Origin: Mobula hypostoma
Taxonomy: Eukaryota
Reading direction: 5' to 3'
Assembly (NCBI RefSeq): GCF_963921235.1
Contig: NC_086109.1
Span: 14,882,001 to 14,946,000, forward strand
Length of the DNA stretch: 64,000 nt
The translations under genes were made by a program, and so were the position numbers. Below the pieces are notes generated by a model that did no database searches, had not been told where the DNA came from, and saw only the letters and a list, made by a program, of their open reading frames with translations. This document shows, in pieces, positions 1 through 12,016 of this stretch (position 1 is its first letter; every line of letters starts with the position of its first letter).

Positions 1-989
1 TGAATTTTTGTATTCCCACAAAACCTTTCCAACCACCACCTAACATGGATGAATACCCTGCCAGTCACGGACTCCTTCTTACTGTACTTGTTCTGGTTTC
101 AACATCCACAAATTCTGATTTAAGCCAATCAACCAAGAAATTTAGCAACACACACAAAATGCTGTGTGGCCTGCTGAGTTCCTCCAGCATTTTGTATGTA
201 TTACTTTGATTTCCAGCATCTGCAGATTTTCTCATTTAAGAAATCCAGTCTCAGTTGCTTACTCTAAGTGTGCACACACAGCAGTTGTGAAGTCAAAGGA
301 GGTGAATTTTTGAAAGTGGAATTCAATGTGTCACTGACACCATATTGCACATTTACAATTATCATCAGTGTTTTAACTTCTATACCTGGGACATTATCAT
401 CGTCCATCCAAGTTCAGAATGGGGTGCGAAATTTTGATATCACTGTGTTAGACAACATATTTACACACTTTCACAGTTTAGAGCTCCATCAAGTTTTGTT
501 CTATCAGTGCAAACGCCGTGTTGCCTGAGGTTAGTACATAATCACCTACTGAACAGTAGTCAGTAAAAGATTATTACACAGGCGTGTTACTGTGGGGCTT
601 AGCTGCTGCCGACAATCAGCATCTTTTGGGTGTTAATTCTTCAGAATACTTTGCACTCACTGCTAAAGTGACTTTGTTTATTATACGAGTGTGGTGTGAC
701 CGGAGACAATCAGGGGAAAGGTGCCAATGTCTGCCACTGCATTTAATATATCAGCTCTAAGAGCTGGATTCTTAGTCATGTTTCTGATAACTAAAGCTAG
801 CTTTTGTAGGAAGGAGACTGAAACAGGACATTGAGGATTATATTAATGCTGCTTCCTGCTCTTATACAGAACTTAAGGTCTCATCATCTCTGATGCCAAT
901 TTCTTCTGGTTTATCATTCCCTTCCCTTCTCAAAAGCCCTATCTCAATTTTGGCAAGTGACTCATATTCATTATAAATTCACAGCCAAC

Positions 990-2150
990 CTGACTACACT
1001 TCCTCTCACACCTCGTTACATTCTTCTGGTTCCAACAATTCTGTCACATCTGTTCTAACAATGCCACCTTCCATACCAGTTTTCCTTTCCCCACCATGAG
1101 ACTTGGTACCTCTCCTAACTGTATTCGCCCCATTTCCTGTACATCTGTTCCCACAGCTTTTCCTCTTATCCAGAATAAGAGTTACATTCCCTGTGCCTTC
1201 CTCTGCCATCCAACCACCTTGTCCATCTTTCCCATTCATATTCTGAAAGGACCATGCCCTCAAAGTACAAAGTAAATTTATTGCCAAAGTACATATATGT
1301 CACCATATACAATCCTGAGATTCCTGATTCCTTTCTTCTGGGTAATTACAGTAAATACAAGAAATATAATAGAATCAATAAAGGACTCTAACCAACAGGA
1401 TGGGTAAACAACCAATGAGCAAGAGGGAAAAAAAACTGCAAGGAGAAAAAGAAAAAAAGAAAAAAATAATGATAATAAAATAAATAAACATTGAGAACAC
1501 GAGATGAAGAGTCCTTATAAGTGAGTCCAGTTCATGAATTGGACGAGTGAAGTTACCCCCTCCAGTTCAAGAGCCTGATGGCTGAGAGGTAGTAATTGTT
1601 TTTCAACCTGCCAGTGTGGGTCCTGAAGCTCCTGTACCTTCCTCCTGATGGCAGCAGCGAGAAGAAAGCATAGCCAGGATGGTGGGGTGGGGGGGCGGCA
1701 GGGGCGGGGGTCCTTAATGATGGACGCTGCTTTTCTGCAAAAGTGCTCTATATAGATGTGATCAATGGTAAGGAGATTTTACCTGTGATGGACTGGGCCA
1801 TATCCACTACATTTTGCCCTGTATTATGCTCTGGACCAAAATTCCTTCTCTGACAATGCCTACTCTCTTTCTCTTTAGACTTCAGGAGACACCTGCCATT
1901 CCTGTCAGCCATAGACCCAAACATTCTTCCAGGTGAAGTGTAGTCTCCTCTACCTCATGGAAAACTAAATGCATATTGGCTGACTACATTGATAAACACT
2001 TCCATTTAGTCTGCAAGGGTAACCCAGTGCTTCCAATTACTTTGAACTCCACCCACTCCTACTTTCACTTCTGTCTTAGACTTCCTACATTGCTCCAATA
2101 AATTCATCATAAGCGAAGAATTGAACATCATCTTTCATATTACAGCCAAA
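990..2150 (+). mobile_element. Decayed Penelope-like element (RT C-terminus and GIY-YIG remnants), interrupted by a LINE fragment at about 1260-1815
   Basis: Degenerate coding remnants resembling DYTSSH (about 992) and the LLY.GE.K...D...EH...HF...EE.H.IF...LQP pattern of the PLE endonuclease region (about 1940-2150); many frameshifts. Confidence 0.6.
1260..1815 (-). mobile_element. Rex/Babar- or L2-like LINE 3' fragment; related pieces at about 2225-2420, 13790-14880, 15300-15930, 22610-22995, 26745-27500, 53630-54010, 56200-56580 and 62530-62680
   Basis: Shared 3' sequence (ccatcaggnaggaggtacaggagcctgaag...aacagcttc); ORF 22778-22981 carries the typical RT C-terminus DPSHPNHKLFQLLPSGKR; AATAAA-containing tails. 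Confidence 0.65.
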
Positions 2151-3149
2151 GTCATGGAGAGATACAGAGGAACAGGTCCTTCATCGCACTGAGTAATGAC
2201 AACCATCAAGCACTCACTTTTACACAGGGTAGTGGATTCGACCCAGTACATCATAGATAAAGCCCTCCCAACCATTGAGCACATCCACAAGAAATACTGT
2301 CATAGAAAAGCAGCATTCTATTATTCTACAGATTTGCCGAGTATGCCCACAGGAAAATGAATCTCAGGGCTGTATACGGTCACATAAATGTACTCTGATA
2401 ATAAAACTTACTTTGAACTTCAATCCTCTACAAGCCACTTTTATGATCTCCTGATTTCCATCAAAGGTTACCCCAAACACTGTATTATAGTGCCAATTAT
2501 CTTGGTAGTCAGCAGATTACTGAAGTTTGGGAAGAAAACGGAGAATGTGAAAGAATCCCACAGAGATCGAGAACGTGCAAGCTTTACACACAGCAACAAG
2601 GTTGTGACCAAACCCAGGTCAGGGGAGCTGTGAGGTAGCGGTTCTGCTGCCTGTACCACTGAGCGGCCTTCAAGACTCTCTACTTAATTCAGTAATTTCT
2701 TACTAACAATCAACCAGTCCAATCTATCTTACATTTACAACTTCATTTTGTTGTTCAAGTAATTTCTGTTTATAATTATCGTCTCCAACTCCCTCAAGTG
2801 CACCTTCACGACCCTTCTACTGCCAACATCACCACCATTCACATCATTAAATACTCCTTGATCCCTGCCCTACAAGGATCTTCCTTTTTTTTCTGAATTC
2901 CTCACTGCTTTGTTTGAAGCTTAAAACTTGCTTCATTTCCACTTTGTCCAATTCTGCTAAAAGGGCATCTACTTCAGCACAGATACATATTTTGGTCAGC
3001 ATGGAAGAGATGGGCTATAGAGCCTGAATACCTCTATAACCTGAAAATTCAACCCCAGAAACCTTTCAGCAGATACCATCTTCTGACAAATCACCAACCT
3101 TTGCAAAAGTTTGACTTTGAAACAACTTGTTTACATGTGTTTGTCTAAA

Positions 3150-3255
3150 GGGATAAATATCAGCCTGGACACTGATCGGAATCTCTGGTTGACTTTGGAA
3201 TACCGCCATGGAAGTTTTCACATGCACCATGGGGGCACATGGAGTGTCTATTTAA
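3150..3255 (+). mobile_element. Ancient DeuSINE-like remnant; similar pieces at about 25340-25465 and 59270-59340
   Basis: ggataaatat..gcc.ggacac...gccatgg.a..ttt.ac pattern recurs three times in diverged form; family assigned from recall. Confidence 0.45.
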
Positions 3256-3770
3256 GATTGCATATTACACAAATGCAAGCATAAAGTAATCCTTTTGGAA
3301 ACTTATGCACCCAAGGTCTCGTCATTACAGTCTACATGCAGGAGGAATAACATCAAACAGCTCGTTGGATACTCCTCTCTATTGGCTGATTAGTTTCCAT
3401 TTAAAATCAAGTTTACCAGGTTACTCAAGTCCTACTTCTTTTAATAGTAGTTCAGCAAACATTTTTGAGAAAAAAGCTTCTGAAACTCACTGCATATTTG
3501 AGACATCATTATTTTCCACTGTAGCTAGCACAAACACCAAAGTGAAACCCAACAAGGTTGGGTTTAAAAGAGCCTTGATGATTAAATACAGGAACACTAA
3601 AAAATTGGTTAAAGCAAATTTTCTTAAAAGTTCACTCAAAAGATGATCAAAAATTTTTGTTCCAATTCTTGGAAAATATATTAGTCAACAGTATAAAAAC
3701 ATTCTTGTTAAATTAGAGCTAGTTCAGAATTTATCTGGCGTTACATACATAGCATATACATTATCAGCTG

Positions 3771-4305
3771 CACACAGCAGCCACTTTATTAAGTACCTAA
3801 TAAAGTGGCCACAGAGTGCATATCTGATTCTGATCTGCTGCTGTAACACATCCACTTCAAGGTTCAATATGCTGTGCATCCAGAGGTGATCTTCTGCACG
3901 CCACCGTTCTAACATATGGTTATTTAAGGTACTGAAATTATTTGAGTTTGAACCAGTCTTGCCATTCTCGTTTGACCTCTTTCATTAACAAGGTGTCCCC
4001 CCCACCCCCATAGAACTGCTGTTCACTGGATGTTTTTGTTTTTCGCTCCATTTTGTGTAAACTCCAGAGATGGTCGTGCGTGAAAATCCCTGCAGTATCC
4101 GAGTTAATCAAACAACCCGTCTAAAACCGACATGGTCAAAGTCACTTAGATCACATTTCATCCCAAATCTGATGCTCGGTCTGAACAACAACTGAACCTC
4201 TTGACAATGTCTGCATGCTTTTATGCAATGAGATATTGCCACATGATTGATAGATATTTGCATTAACAAGGTGTACAGCTGTACCAAATCAAGAGGACAC
4301 TGAAT
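3771..4305 (-). mobile_element. Non-autonomous Tc1-like element; partial copy on + at about 10215-10413, fragment at about 37090-37145
   Basis: TIR cactcagtggccactttattaggtac and its inverse; the + copy translates MARLVQADRKVTVT (Tc1 HTH-like) and ends in gagtg|TA. Confidence 0.7.
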
Positions 4306-5004
4306 ATATAGGTGACAGATGCTCAAAGCAGCAAGGGCCAGGTATTCATTTTCGACTTGGCCTTAAAGACACATTCCATTCTATATTTAGAGTGGTTAAA
4401 CTGCAAAAGTATCTGCCAGAAGTTTTGTTTTTCCTTTCTGGTATTGTGTCTGCAAGAATTCTTTTCAAACTCAGCCAACACAATGACATCACAGCTGCTG
4501 AATGCCAGAAACCTCTGTGTTTAACATGAATAGATGTTGGCAGAATGGAAGTCCACACCACACATTTCTGAGGGCTTTGCTTTGTGATCCAAGTTGAGCA
4601 CTGTTACTTCGCCACTGGCTCAAAAACTGAGCAAGTAAGATAGCCTCTGCAGATGTGCAGTGATGGGAAAGGAATCACATGCAATCCTCAAGTATACCTA
4701 ACATCACCTGGATGCTGCCTTGATGTTTCCAGTTCATTACTCGAGTATCCCGCCGGCTTACAAGCCTTCAAACCACTTTGGGAGTTTACGAGTACTGCCA
4801 GTTTGGCAAATGATAGCTCACCGCTTAGTGGCCGCCTTGGCTGTTGACACTTGGTGCACAGATGCTGATTCCATTGGTGAGTAATGGCTAAAGTGGAAGG
4901 ATGGAAATGAGAAGCCCAAGGTACATCACCAAATGAAAGGTTGAGTGAGATGGGGCTTTGCTGAAACGTTGTGCGAGCCAGGGCTTTACTCCCTGGAGTG
5001 AAGG

Positions 5005-5460
5005 AGAATGAGAGGCGACTTCATGGAGGTGTGTAGAATGATAAGAAACATAGATACAGTGGACAACCAGTGCTTTCCCACTCCCTCCCCCAGGGCAGAA
5101 GTGGATATTATGAGAGGTCACACTTTTAAGGTGATTGTTGGAAAGTATAGTGGGGATGTCAGAAGTAGCTTCTTTTTAAAAATTAATTAATTACACAGAA
5201 AGGGCTGCATGTATGGAATGGGCTGCCAGGGATGGTGCTAGAGGAAGATACATTAGAGCTGGGGTTCCCAACCTGGGGTTTATAGACCCAATGCTTAATG
5301 GTATTGGTCTATGGCATAAAAAAAGATTCGGAACCTCTACATTATTAGAGAGGCGCATTGATGAAAGAGGTCTATGTGGAAGGGAAGCATTAGGGTAAAT
5401 CTGGAGTAGGCTAAATGGCTGGCACAACATTGTAGGCTGAAGAACATGTACTGTTCTCTG
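5005..5460 (+). mobile_element. CR1 LINE 3' fragment; other + fragments at about 12490-12900, 18400-18790, 21420-21640, 37950-38550, 51090-51235 and 54740-55060
   Basis: RGDxIEVYKI...RGHxFKV...FFTQRVV CR1 ORF2 C-terminal motifs and the gggccgaagggcctg-like 3' UTR. Confidence 0.8.
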
Positions 5461-6060
5461 TTCAAATGGGTACTAGTTCCGCTGGGAAATATTCCTTCAG
5501 ACTGAAGGTTGAATTGTAGCCATTATAATTCCATGAATGGAGTAGCTTAAAAAAATGTGACGGTAGACAAAACTAACATACAACACAATGATGGAATCAT
5601 AATTCTGAACACCAGTCAAATTCCAATCTACATCATTGTTCAACACTGAGCTTGATTCAAGACTAGACATCATTATTAAGAGTCGAACTTCAGCCTACTA
5701 CAAGATGGGTGACTGATTCCAAAGACACACATTACATTGATTACACATATTGAACATTCAATGTGCAAGGTACAGCAAACAACAGGTTTAGAGAAACTGA
5801 GATCACATCGAATATTGATGGGATTTGAGAAAGTTTAGCAGTTACAATCCTCAGTACCTGTTTTTGTGGGAGTAAGTTGGATGAGTGTAAATTGCTTCAG
5901 TACCCATCACTGCCTGCTATCCCACCGCCATAACATTGTTGACCAAATGCATAAGTTCCCAGCTGTTGGATGTCTGTAATTTTCCTGATTCTTAAGGTTC
6001 TTCCAGAGGTAAAGAATGGTGAACAGTCTTAACGATAGTTTATTTTAAAGTACAAACATA

Positions 6061-6772
6061 CAGTGGCATGCAAAAGTTTGGGCACCCAGGTAAAATTTCT
6101 GTTCCTGTGAATAGCTAAGTGAGTAAAAGATGACCAGATTTCCAAGAGGCATGAAGTTAAAGATGACACATTTCTTTAATACTTTAAGCAAGATTACTTT
6201 TTTTGATTTCCATCTTTCACAGTTTCAAAATAACAAAAAAGGAAAAGAGCCTGAAGCAAAAGTCTGGGCACCCTGCATGGTCAGTACTTGGTAACACCCC
6301 CTTTGGCAAGTATCACAGCTTGTAAAGGCTTTTTGTAGCCAGCTATGAGTCTTTCAATTCTTGTTTGGGGGATTTTCGCCCATTCTTCCCATTTCGCCCA
6401 TTGTTGGGACAAGGTTTGAGGAGTAAGGGTATTTATAAAGCTTTGAAATTTGCATAACCTGGGCTTTCCTAATGATGATTGTGAACAAGCCATAGTCCTA
6501 ACAAGCTAATTAAGGTCTGAGACCTTGGTAAAAATTATCTGAGAGCTCAAATCTCTTGGGGTGCCAAACTTTTGCCTGGTGCTCCTTCCCTTTTTTTCCT
6601 CACTCTAAAATTGCACAAAACAAAAATAATACACTAATCTTGCTTAAAATGTTGAAAAGAATGTTTCATCTTTAACTTTATGACTTTTGGAGATCAGTTC
6701 ATCTTCTACTCACTTAGCTATTCACAGTAACAGAAATTTTGACCGGGGTGCCCAGACTTTTGCATGCCACTG
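6061..6772 (-). mobile_element. Internally deleted Tc1-family DNA transposon with long (about 210 bp) IR/DR-type TIRs
   Basis: TA|cagtggcatgcaaaagtttgggcaccc ... gggtgcccagacttttgcatgccactg|TA; inner repeats at about 6260 and 6560; transposase C-terminus EEWAKIPQTRIERLIAGYKKPLQAVILAKGGVTKY at about 6281-6390. Confidence 0.92.
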
Positions 6773-7518
6773 TATATACAAATACTAAGCAAACTAAATA
6801 AAGAGCTGAGAAACAAAGCAGAGAGGAATGAACAGCAAAGGAGGTGAAGATAAAAAGAAAAAGATGGCACCTCTGAAAACTTCATCATCTTTATAATCGA
6901 GTTAAGAGAAATTCCTTAAATAAAAATAAACCAATCACTGGTTGCACAATTATATCACTTGGGTAATGTGCTAATATTTAGCCAATGAAAAATGAAAACG
7001 TATACATAGCTGCTATATAGTTTTCTGCCAGTAAGTGTGAATGAACCACCACATATTGTGAAAAGTACGAGTTTGTTAAAAAGTACAAAATGATTAAACT
7101 ACAACATAGTAAAAGTACAGATTATTAAACTGCAATTTAGTTTTGCATTAATTCATCTACTATCTTATAAAAAGTACTAAAAAAAAAAGTGGTTTCCAAT
7201 ACCACTGTCACACAATACATGGTTACTCACTACCTCCAATTGTCCCATTAACTTCATGGAAATGAAATATGTCTGTTGCAGAAAAGGACCTGAACATCAC
7301 TGGTCAAGGACAGTTTACGAAAAACTAAGTCAGAAGTGTTCGACAACTTTCTGAACCTTTGGAATGTACATCTTCCCCAGTTCAAAAATCACATGGACCA
7401 GAATGACATGAGGAGAGTTCTTCAAAAGTCCCAAAGCAACCTAAATATATACGTCTATGTGTTTGTATTGATTCTGACCAAAATGGGGTAGATTGCAAGA
7501 GACAAACAACTTACGCAC

Positions 7519-7613
7519 CAGTAGAGATAATGAGCAATTTTTGCGTCACAGATGGCTCTCCGCAGCAGAAACCTCACCAGCGGGCTGTCCAGGTAACACT
7601 CAAACTTCAGAGC
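7519..7613 (-). CDS. pik3c2b: PIK3C2B exon, 95 bp: [31 protein letters not shown](W)
   Basis: ttgcag acceptor, TG|gtgcgt donor; [17 protein letters not shown] motif. The next exon was not found in 1-7518 and presumably lies outside the window. Confidence 0.95.
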
Positions 7614-8327
7614 CTGCAAGATGTCAAAGTACAGATCTCACAACAGCCACTAAAGGACTCCCTCCATTTTGCACCCGCGGTCTAAATCCCTGCTAAAGTA
7701 AGACTTCAGGTCTTTTTGAAACCCAGGTGAGTAAATATGAACAAACATTTAACCCTTTCACAGCAGCTGTGATGAGTCAGTTAGCCCAAAGTACCATGGA
7801 TTGTTTATATTTTAAAATTCAAAATTCTTTGCCTTTGTACTTCTAAAAAGTTTACAGTATGGTCAGATTTACTCATCCCATTCCCACAGCATTATTAAAA
7901 CAATATGTTTTTTAAACTGAGTTCACTGGAGGCTGAAGACGGCTTGTTCTGGGATTAGAGGACTGTGTGTGCGTGTGTGAGGGAGGAACAAGGCTTGTTG
8001 TGTCACTTGTGTTTGACGTTGTTCTGAGTATTGCGGCCATGCTATGCTGACTCCAGATTGTGTGGCGACACTTGCAGGCTGCCCCAGCAATTCTTGGATG
8101 AGTTGGTTGTTAATGCAAATGACGCATTTCACAGCATGTTTCCATTCACACGTGATAAATGAATTTGAATCTAAGCTGTAACAAGACTGTATGGATGAGT
8201 TGGGCCATGCTGTATAATTCCATCTTTATTTTGCTCTAATGCTTTGTTTTGGCAGTATTTCCATCCACTTCATCCACTCTTCCCTGTCTTGTATAATTTA
8301 TATTCTGTGTTTTGTCTGTATGTACAG

Positions 8328-8407
8328 CAGGGGTTCCCAACCTTTTTTATGCTGTAGACCAATACTATTAAGCAAGGGTACTGTGGACCCCAGCTTGGGA
8401 ACCCCTG
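8328..8407. mobile_element. hAT-type MITE, about 80 bp; further copies at about 5278-5339, 9689-9766, 54027-54111 and 57775-57838
   Basis: TIR caggggttcccaac / ttgggaacccctg; the 54027 copy has an 8-bp TSD ttttatgg/gtttatgg. Confidence 0.8.
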
Positions 8408-8741
8408 ATACAGAATGTGGCTACGATGCTACTGCAAGCAAGTTTTCACTGTACCTGAAGCTCAGTGTATTTATGCGTTTTGGACTTCACTCCACATGGC
8501 CTCTGCCTTTAGCAATTTAGCTTACAAGCGCTCATCCTCAAATATATTCTTTACAGCTAACACTTCCTGTTATCTTCCTACTGATGGCATTAAATTGCTG
8601 GGGTAGACTGGAATTATGTGTTCCCCAACTTATGTGGTGCTGCAGAGCCCACTCTGACTGGAGGGTTTAATTGCAACATGAACCTTTTAAGCAGCAGCTT
8701 CTACTTTGGAATATATAAAGTGAAGCACATACATATTAAGC

Positions 8742-8913
8742 TGGTTGGGTTGAGTTATTCTCTGATCTTGGCAATTTGCTTGCAAATGTTTCATCACCAT
8801 ACCAGGAGACACGATCAGTGTGCTGTTGATTGTATGTTGATGGTGTCTCCTTGAGTGGTGACAAAATGTTTGCAAGTAAATTGCCAAGATCAGAGAATAA
8901 CTCAACCCAACCA
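8742..8913. repeat. 172-bp palindrome; probable head-to-head Penelope-type terminal repeats with degenerate hammerhead motifs
   Basis: Arms tggttgggttgagttattctctgatcttggcaattt... and ...aaattgccaagatcagagaataactcaacccaacca; taagct flanks both sides. Confidence 0.8.
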
Positions 8914-9115
8914 TCAACCACATAAGCTACACATTTTCTGAATTATTTCCATCTGCTAAGCCCTTAACAAAGCCCTCTTCACCTGAAGAATACAACTGAT
9001 CTACTTTCACCATATGTAACATTAGAATTGGAATATAACTGCAATGTAGCAATAAATCGATCAGAATTTAAAAATAAGTTTGACTTGCTCAGGTTTTCAT
9101 ATTAAGGATACTCAC

Positions 9116-9209
9116 TTGTACTAACTGAGGTAGAAAATCCACAAGTTCAGATGTAGACATGGTTTCCATCCACTGCACTGCAGTGCGGCGAAGCTCTTGA
9201 TCAGGGAAC
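9116..9209 (-). CDS. pik3c2b: PIK3C2B exon, 94 bp: FPDQELRRTAVQWMETMSTSELVDFLPQLVQ
   Basis: atag acceptor, CAA|gtgagt donor; PIK helical motif FPDQ...LPQLVQ; phase 2/0. Confidence 0.96.
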
Positions 9210-9516
9210 CTATATAAAATAGTCAAGGAGTTACCATTGTAGCTTGGCTGTATTCAACACAATCTTTACCTGGCACTAATCTTACATGAATTGAGGCTGT
9301 ATTTCCAAATGTGTAAATGTGTTGGGACGATTTAACAGGATGTTACGATTCATTCAAAAAGTTGATTGAGCACTTAGGAGATAGTTCCCTCTGGTAGCAT
9401 ACATAAAAGTTATTGAGGGAACTTATTTCACACAATGGTTATGAGAAATGAGGAATTTTAACTACTTCAATAACAAAGCTAAGACTGTTGGAAATTGGAG
9501 ATTGGTAGAAATTTGC

Positions 9517-9600
9517 TAGGTTAGGTCATGTAGGAAATAGAAGCAAGGCAGCAATGAATGTTAGGTTAGGTCATGTAGGAAATAGAAGCAAGGCAGCAAT
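9517..9600 (+). repeat. Perfect 39-bp direct duplication (9517-9555 and 9562-9600)
   Basis: taggttaggtcatgtaggaaatagaagcaaggcagcaat twice, with a 6-nt spacer. Confidence 0.95.
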
Positions 9601-9764
9601 TAAGACAAGGAACACAGGTCAGCCATGATCAAATAGAGAAGTATAGAAGGCTTGAGCTTGGTTTGCTCTTGTTTCTATTCCTCTCAAGCAAGGGTTCCCA
9701 ACTTGGGGTCCACGGACCCCGCAGCCAATGGTAGGGACCCGTGGCATACAAAAAGGTTGGAAAC

Positions 9765-10210
9765 CTGCCCCTCCACCTATCTTCATGTTGTCTGCAAAGT
9801 TTGCCACAAGCCATCAATTTCCATCATCTAAATCATTGACATATAATGTAAAAAGAATCCATCCCAACACAGACCCCTGCGGAACACCACTAGTTGCCAG
9901 CAGCCAACTAGAAAAGGCTTTCTTTATTCCTACTCTTTGGCTCCTGCCAATCAATCACTGCTTTATCCATGCTAGAATCTTTCCTATAACACCATGGGCT
10001 CGTAGCTTGCTAAGCAGCCTCACGTGTGGCACCTCGTCAAAGGCCTTCTGAAAATCCAAGTACACCTCAACCAACTCTTCTGCCCATCATGCTTGTTATT
10101 TCTTCAAAGAATTCAAACTGATTTGTCAGGCAGGATTTTCCCTTGAGGGAACCATGCTGAGTACAACCTACTTCATCCTTAATGATCAACTCTAACATCT
10201 TCCCAACCAC
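9765..10210 (-). mobile_element. CR1 RT fragment; other minus-strand CR1 pieces at about 13020-13280, 19360-20050, 20632-20842, 30770-31280, 40665-40810 and 60390-60600
   Basis: Minus-strand translation includes [24 protein letters not shown] and FADNMKIGG CR1 RT motifs. Confidence 0.85.
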
Positions 10211-11827
10211 TGAGATAGTTAGAGGAGAATGGCCAGACTGGTTCAAGCTGACAGGAAGGTGACAGTAACTCCAATAACCACGTGTTACAATGTTGGTGTG
10301 CAGGAGAGCAGCTCTGGAACACAGAATACGTCGAACTTTGAAGTAGATGCGCTGCAGCTGCAGCAGACCACAGCAGGTTCCACTAATGTACCTAATAAAG
10401 TGGCCACTGAGTGTAGAATTATAGAAGTGATATTCCAAAATACAGGACACATCAAAAACAACCAATAGCATGATGAAGAAAATAGGAAATGTAAAACGTC
10501 AGAACTGAGGAGCGGGGAGATCTCAAAATTGGACCCAGAGGGTCAGAGAGGAAGATAGAGTACGTTGAAAGGAAACATTGAAATTGAAACTTTAGTTGAC
10601 TGGAAGACAACGTAGACAAACATGCACAGGGAATACTAAATGTTGGTCACAATCACTCAACAAACCACTCCTGACATTGACAAATATGTCATGGAGATGG
10701 AAACTATAAAAGTGGCCTTAAAGGTTGCACTGAACATGTACGACCTGACAACACTTTCAGTTGCCAGAGCACCATGGTATCTTTTATTTGCATCTATTTT
10801 TTTGACAACATGTTATTGGAGGTTTTCACTTCCGGCATCAAATTCAGCTGGAACACTTATCTTGCTGGTAGTTGATACTAATAACAGGGGAGTGGTTTCA
10901 GTTCACTCTGCTGCCTAGTACACTTCATGCAATGATGGATTTAATTTTCCACATGACTTGTGAAGCCAAACCCTTAACTTGACAAATTTAATTGCATAGG
11001 GGTACCGCAACATTTTATTAAAATTAATCAAAAAAAAAACAATTTTTCTTCGTACTTCAGGAGAAATTCTCAAGAGTAAATTCTCACTTGGGGAAAGAAG
11101 ATACAAGGGAGCTTTGTAGATATCAAGAAAGAGAAATTTCAAAGTGTAACATGGTGGAGCAAGCAGAGAAGATGTAAAAGATAGAGCAATAGAAATTGGT
11201 GCCGGAAACATAGTAACACTCATGAGAGTAATTCCAGACTTTCAGCCCCAGAAAGCCACCCATAACGGAGTTACTAAACCATGACAGCTTTCAGCACATC
11301 CTTGGACTGTGCTTGTTGCTGATGCAAAGGATGCACTTCACTGTCTGTTTTGATGTACGTGTGACAAATAAAGCTAATCTTTAGGATCTTTAATCTTTAG
11401 AATCAAAGAATTATAGAAACTTACGATATGGGGGCGGGGTGCTATTCGGCCTTTTATCTCTTTGCATCAAGAAAACGAGCTTAAGAGTAACGTTGCACAC
11501 ACATAGCGACTTTCAAGATATTCTGAAACACCTCGAAGCCTGATTAGTAACACTTTGGGGCACAGTATTACACAAACTTTAAGCAGACAAATGTCTCATT
11601 AAGGACACCAATGGAAAAAACAATCCTGCACTGCCGAGGCAAGTAGTTTTCAGAAGCCGCTAAATACAATTGTGGAGTGGAGGTTGGAGATGGTAAATTT
11701 ATACAATGAATTTATAAGCTGGACAGATCAAGTGGCTCTCAACACTTTTTTTAAACTGATGGTGCCAGCATGATATTTTAGGGCATGATCTTTAATCTTA
11801 CTGTTTTAATACTTTTCTGGTACTTAC

Positions 11828-12016
11828 GCAGCATGGAGTAATCCTAAGGCATCCAGATGGCTCAGGCAATTCCACTGTTTGAGCAAGGTGTAGATATCAG
11901 GCAGGCAAGCCCACTCCCAGCTGGGGGCACTGGCGAGCACCATAGGCAGGCAGCTGCATTCTGAATGACAGTAGTATCGCTTTTCCCACAGCAGCCTCTT
12001 GTCTGCTTCAGTCAGC
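11828..12016 (-). CDS. pik3c2b: PIK3C2B exon, 189 bp, helical domain: LTEADKRLLWEKRYYCHSECSCLPMVLASAPSWEWACLPDIYTLLKQWNCLSHLDALGLLHA(A)
   Basis: Translated by hand; gcag acceptor, GC|gtaagt donor; LASAPSWEWACLPDIY matches recalled PIK3C2B; phase 2/2. Confidence 0.97.

Noticed and set aside
4650..4885. GC-richer unique stretch ending in a gtgagt donor-like site
   Set aside because: It does not translate to the expected next PIK3C2B exon (LLKDGL...), and there is no supported antisense exon structure.
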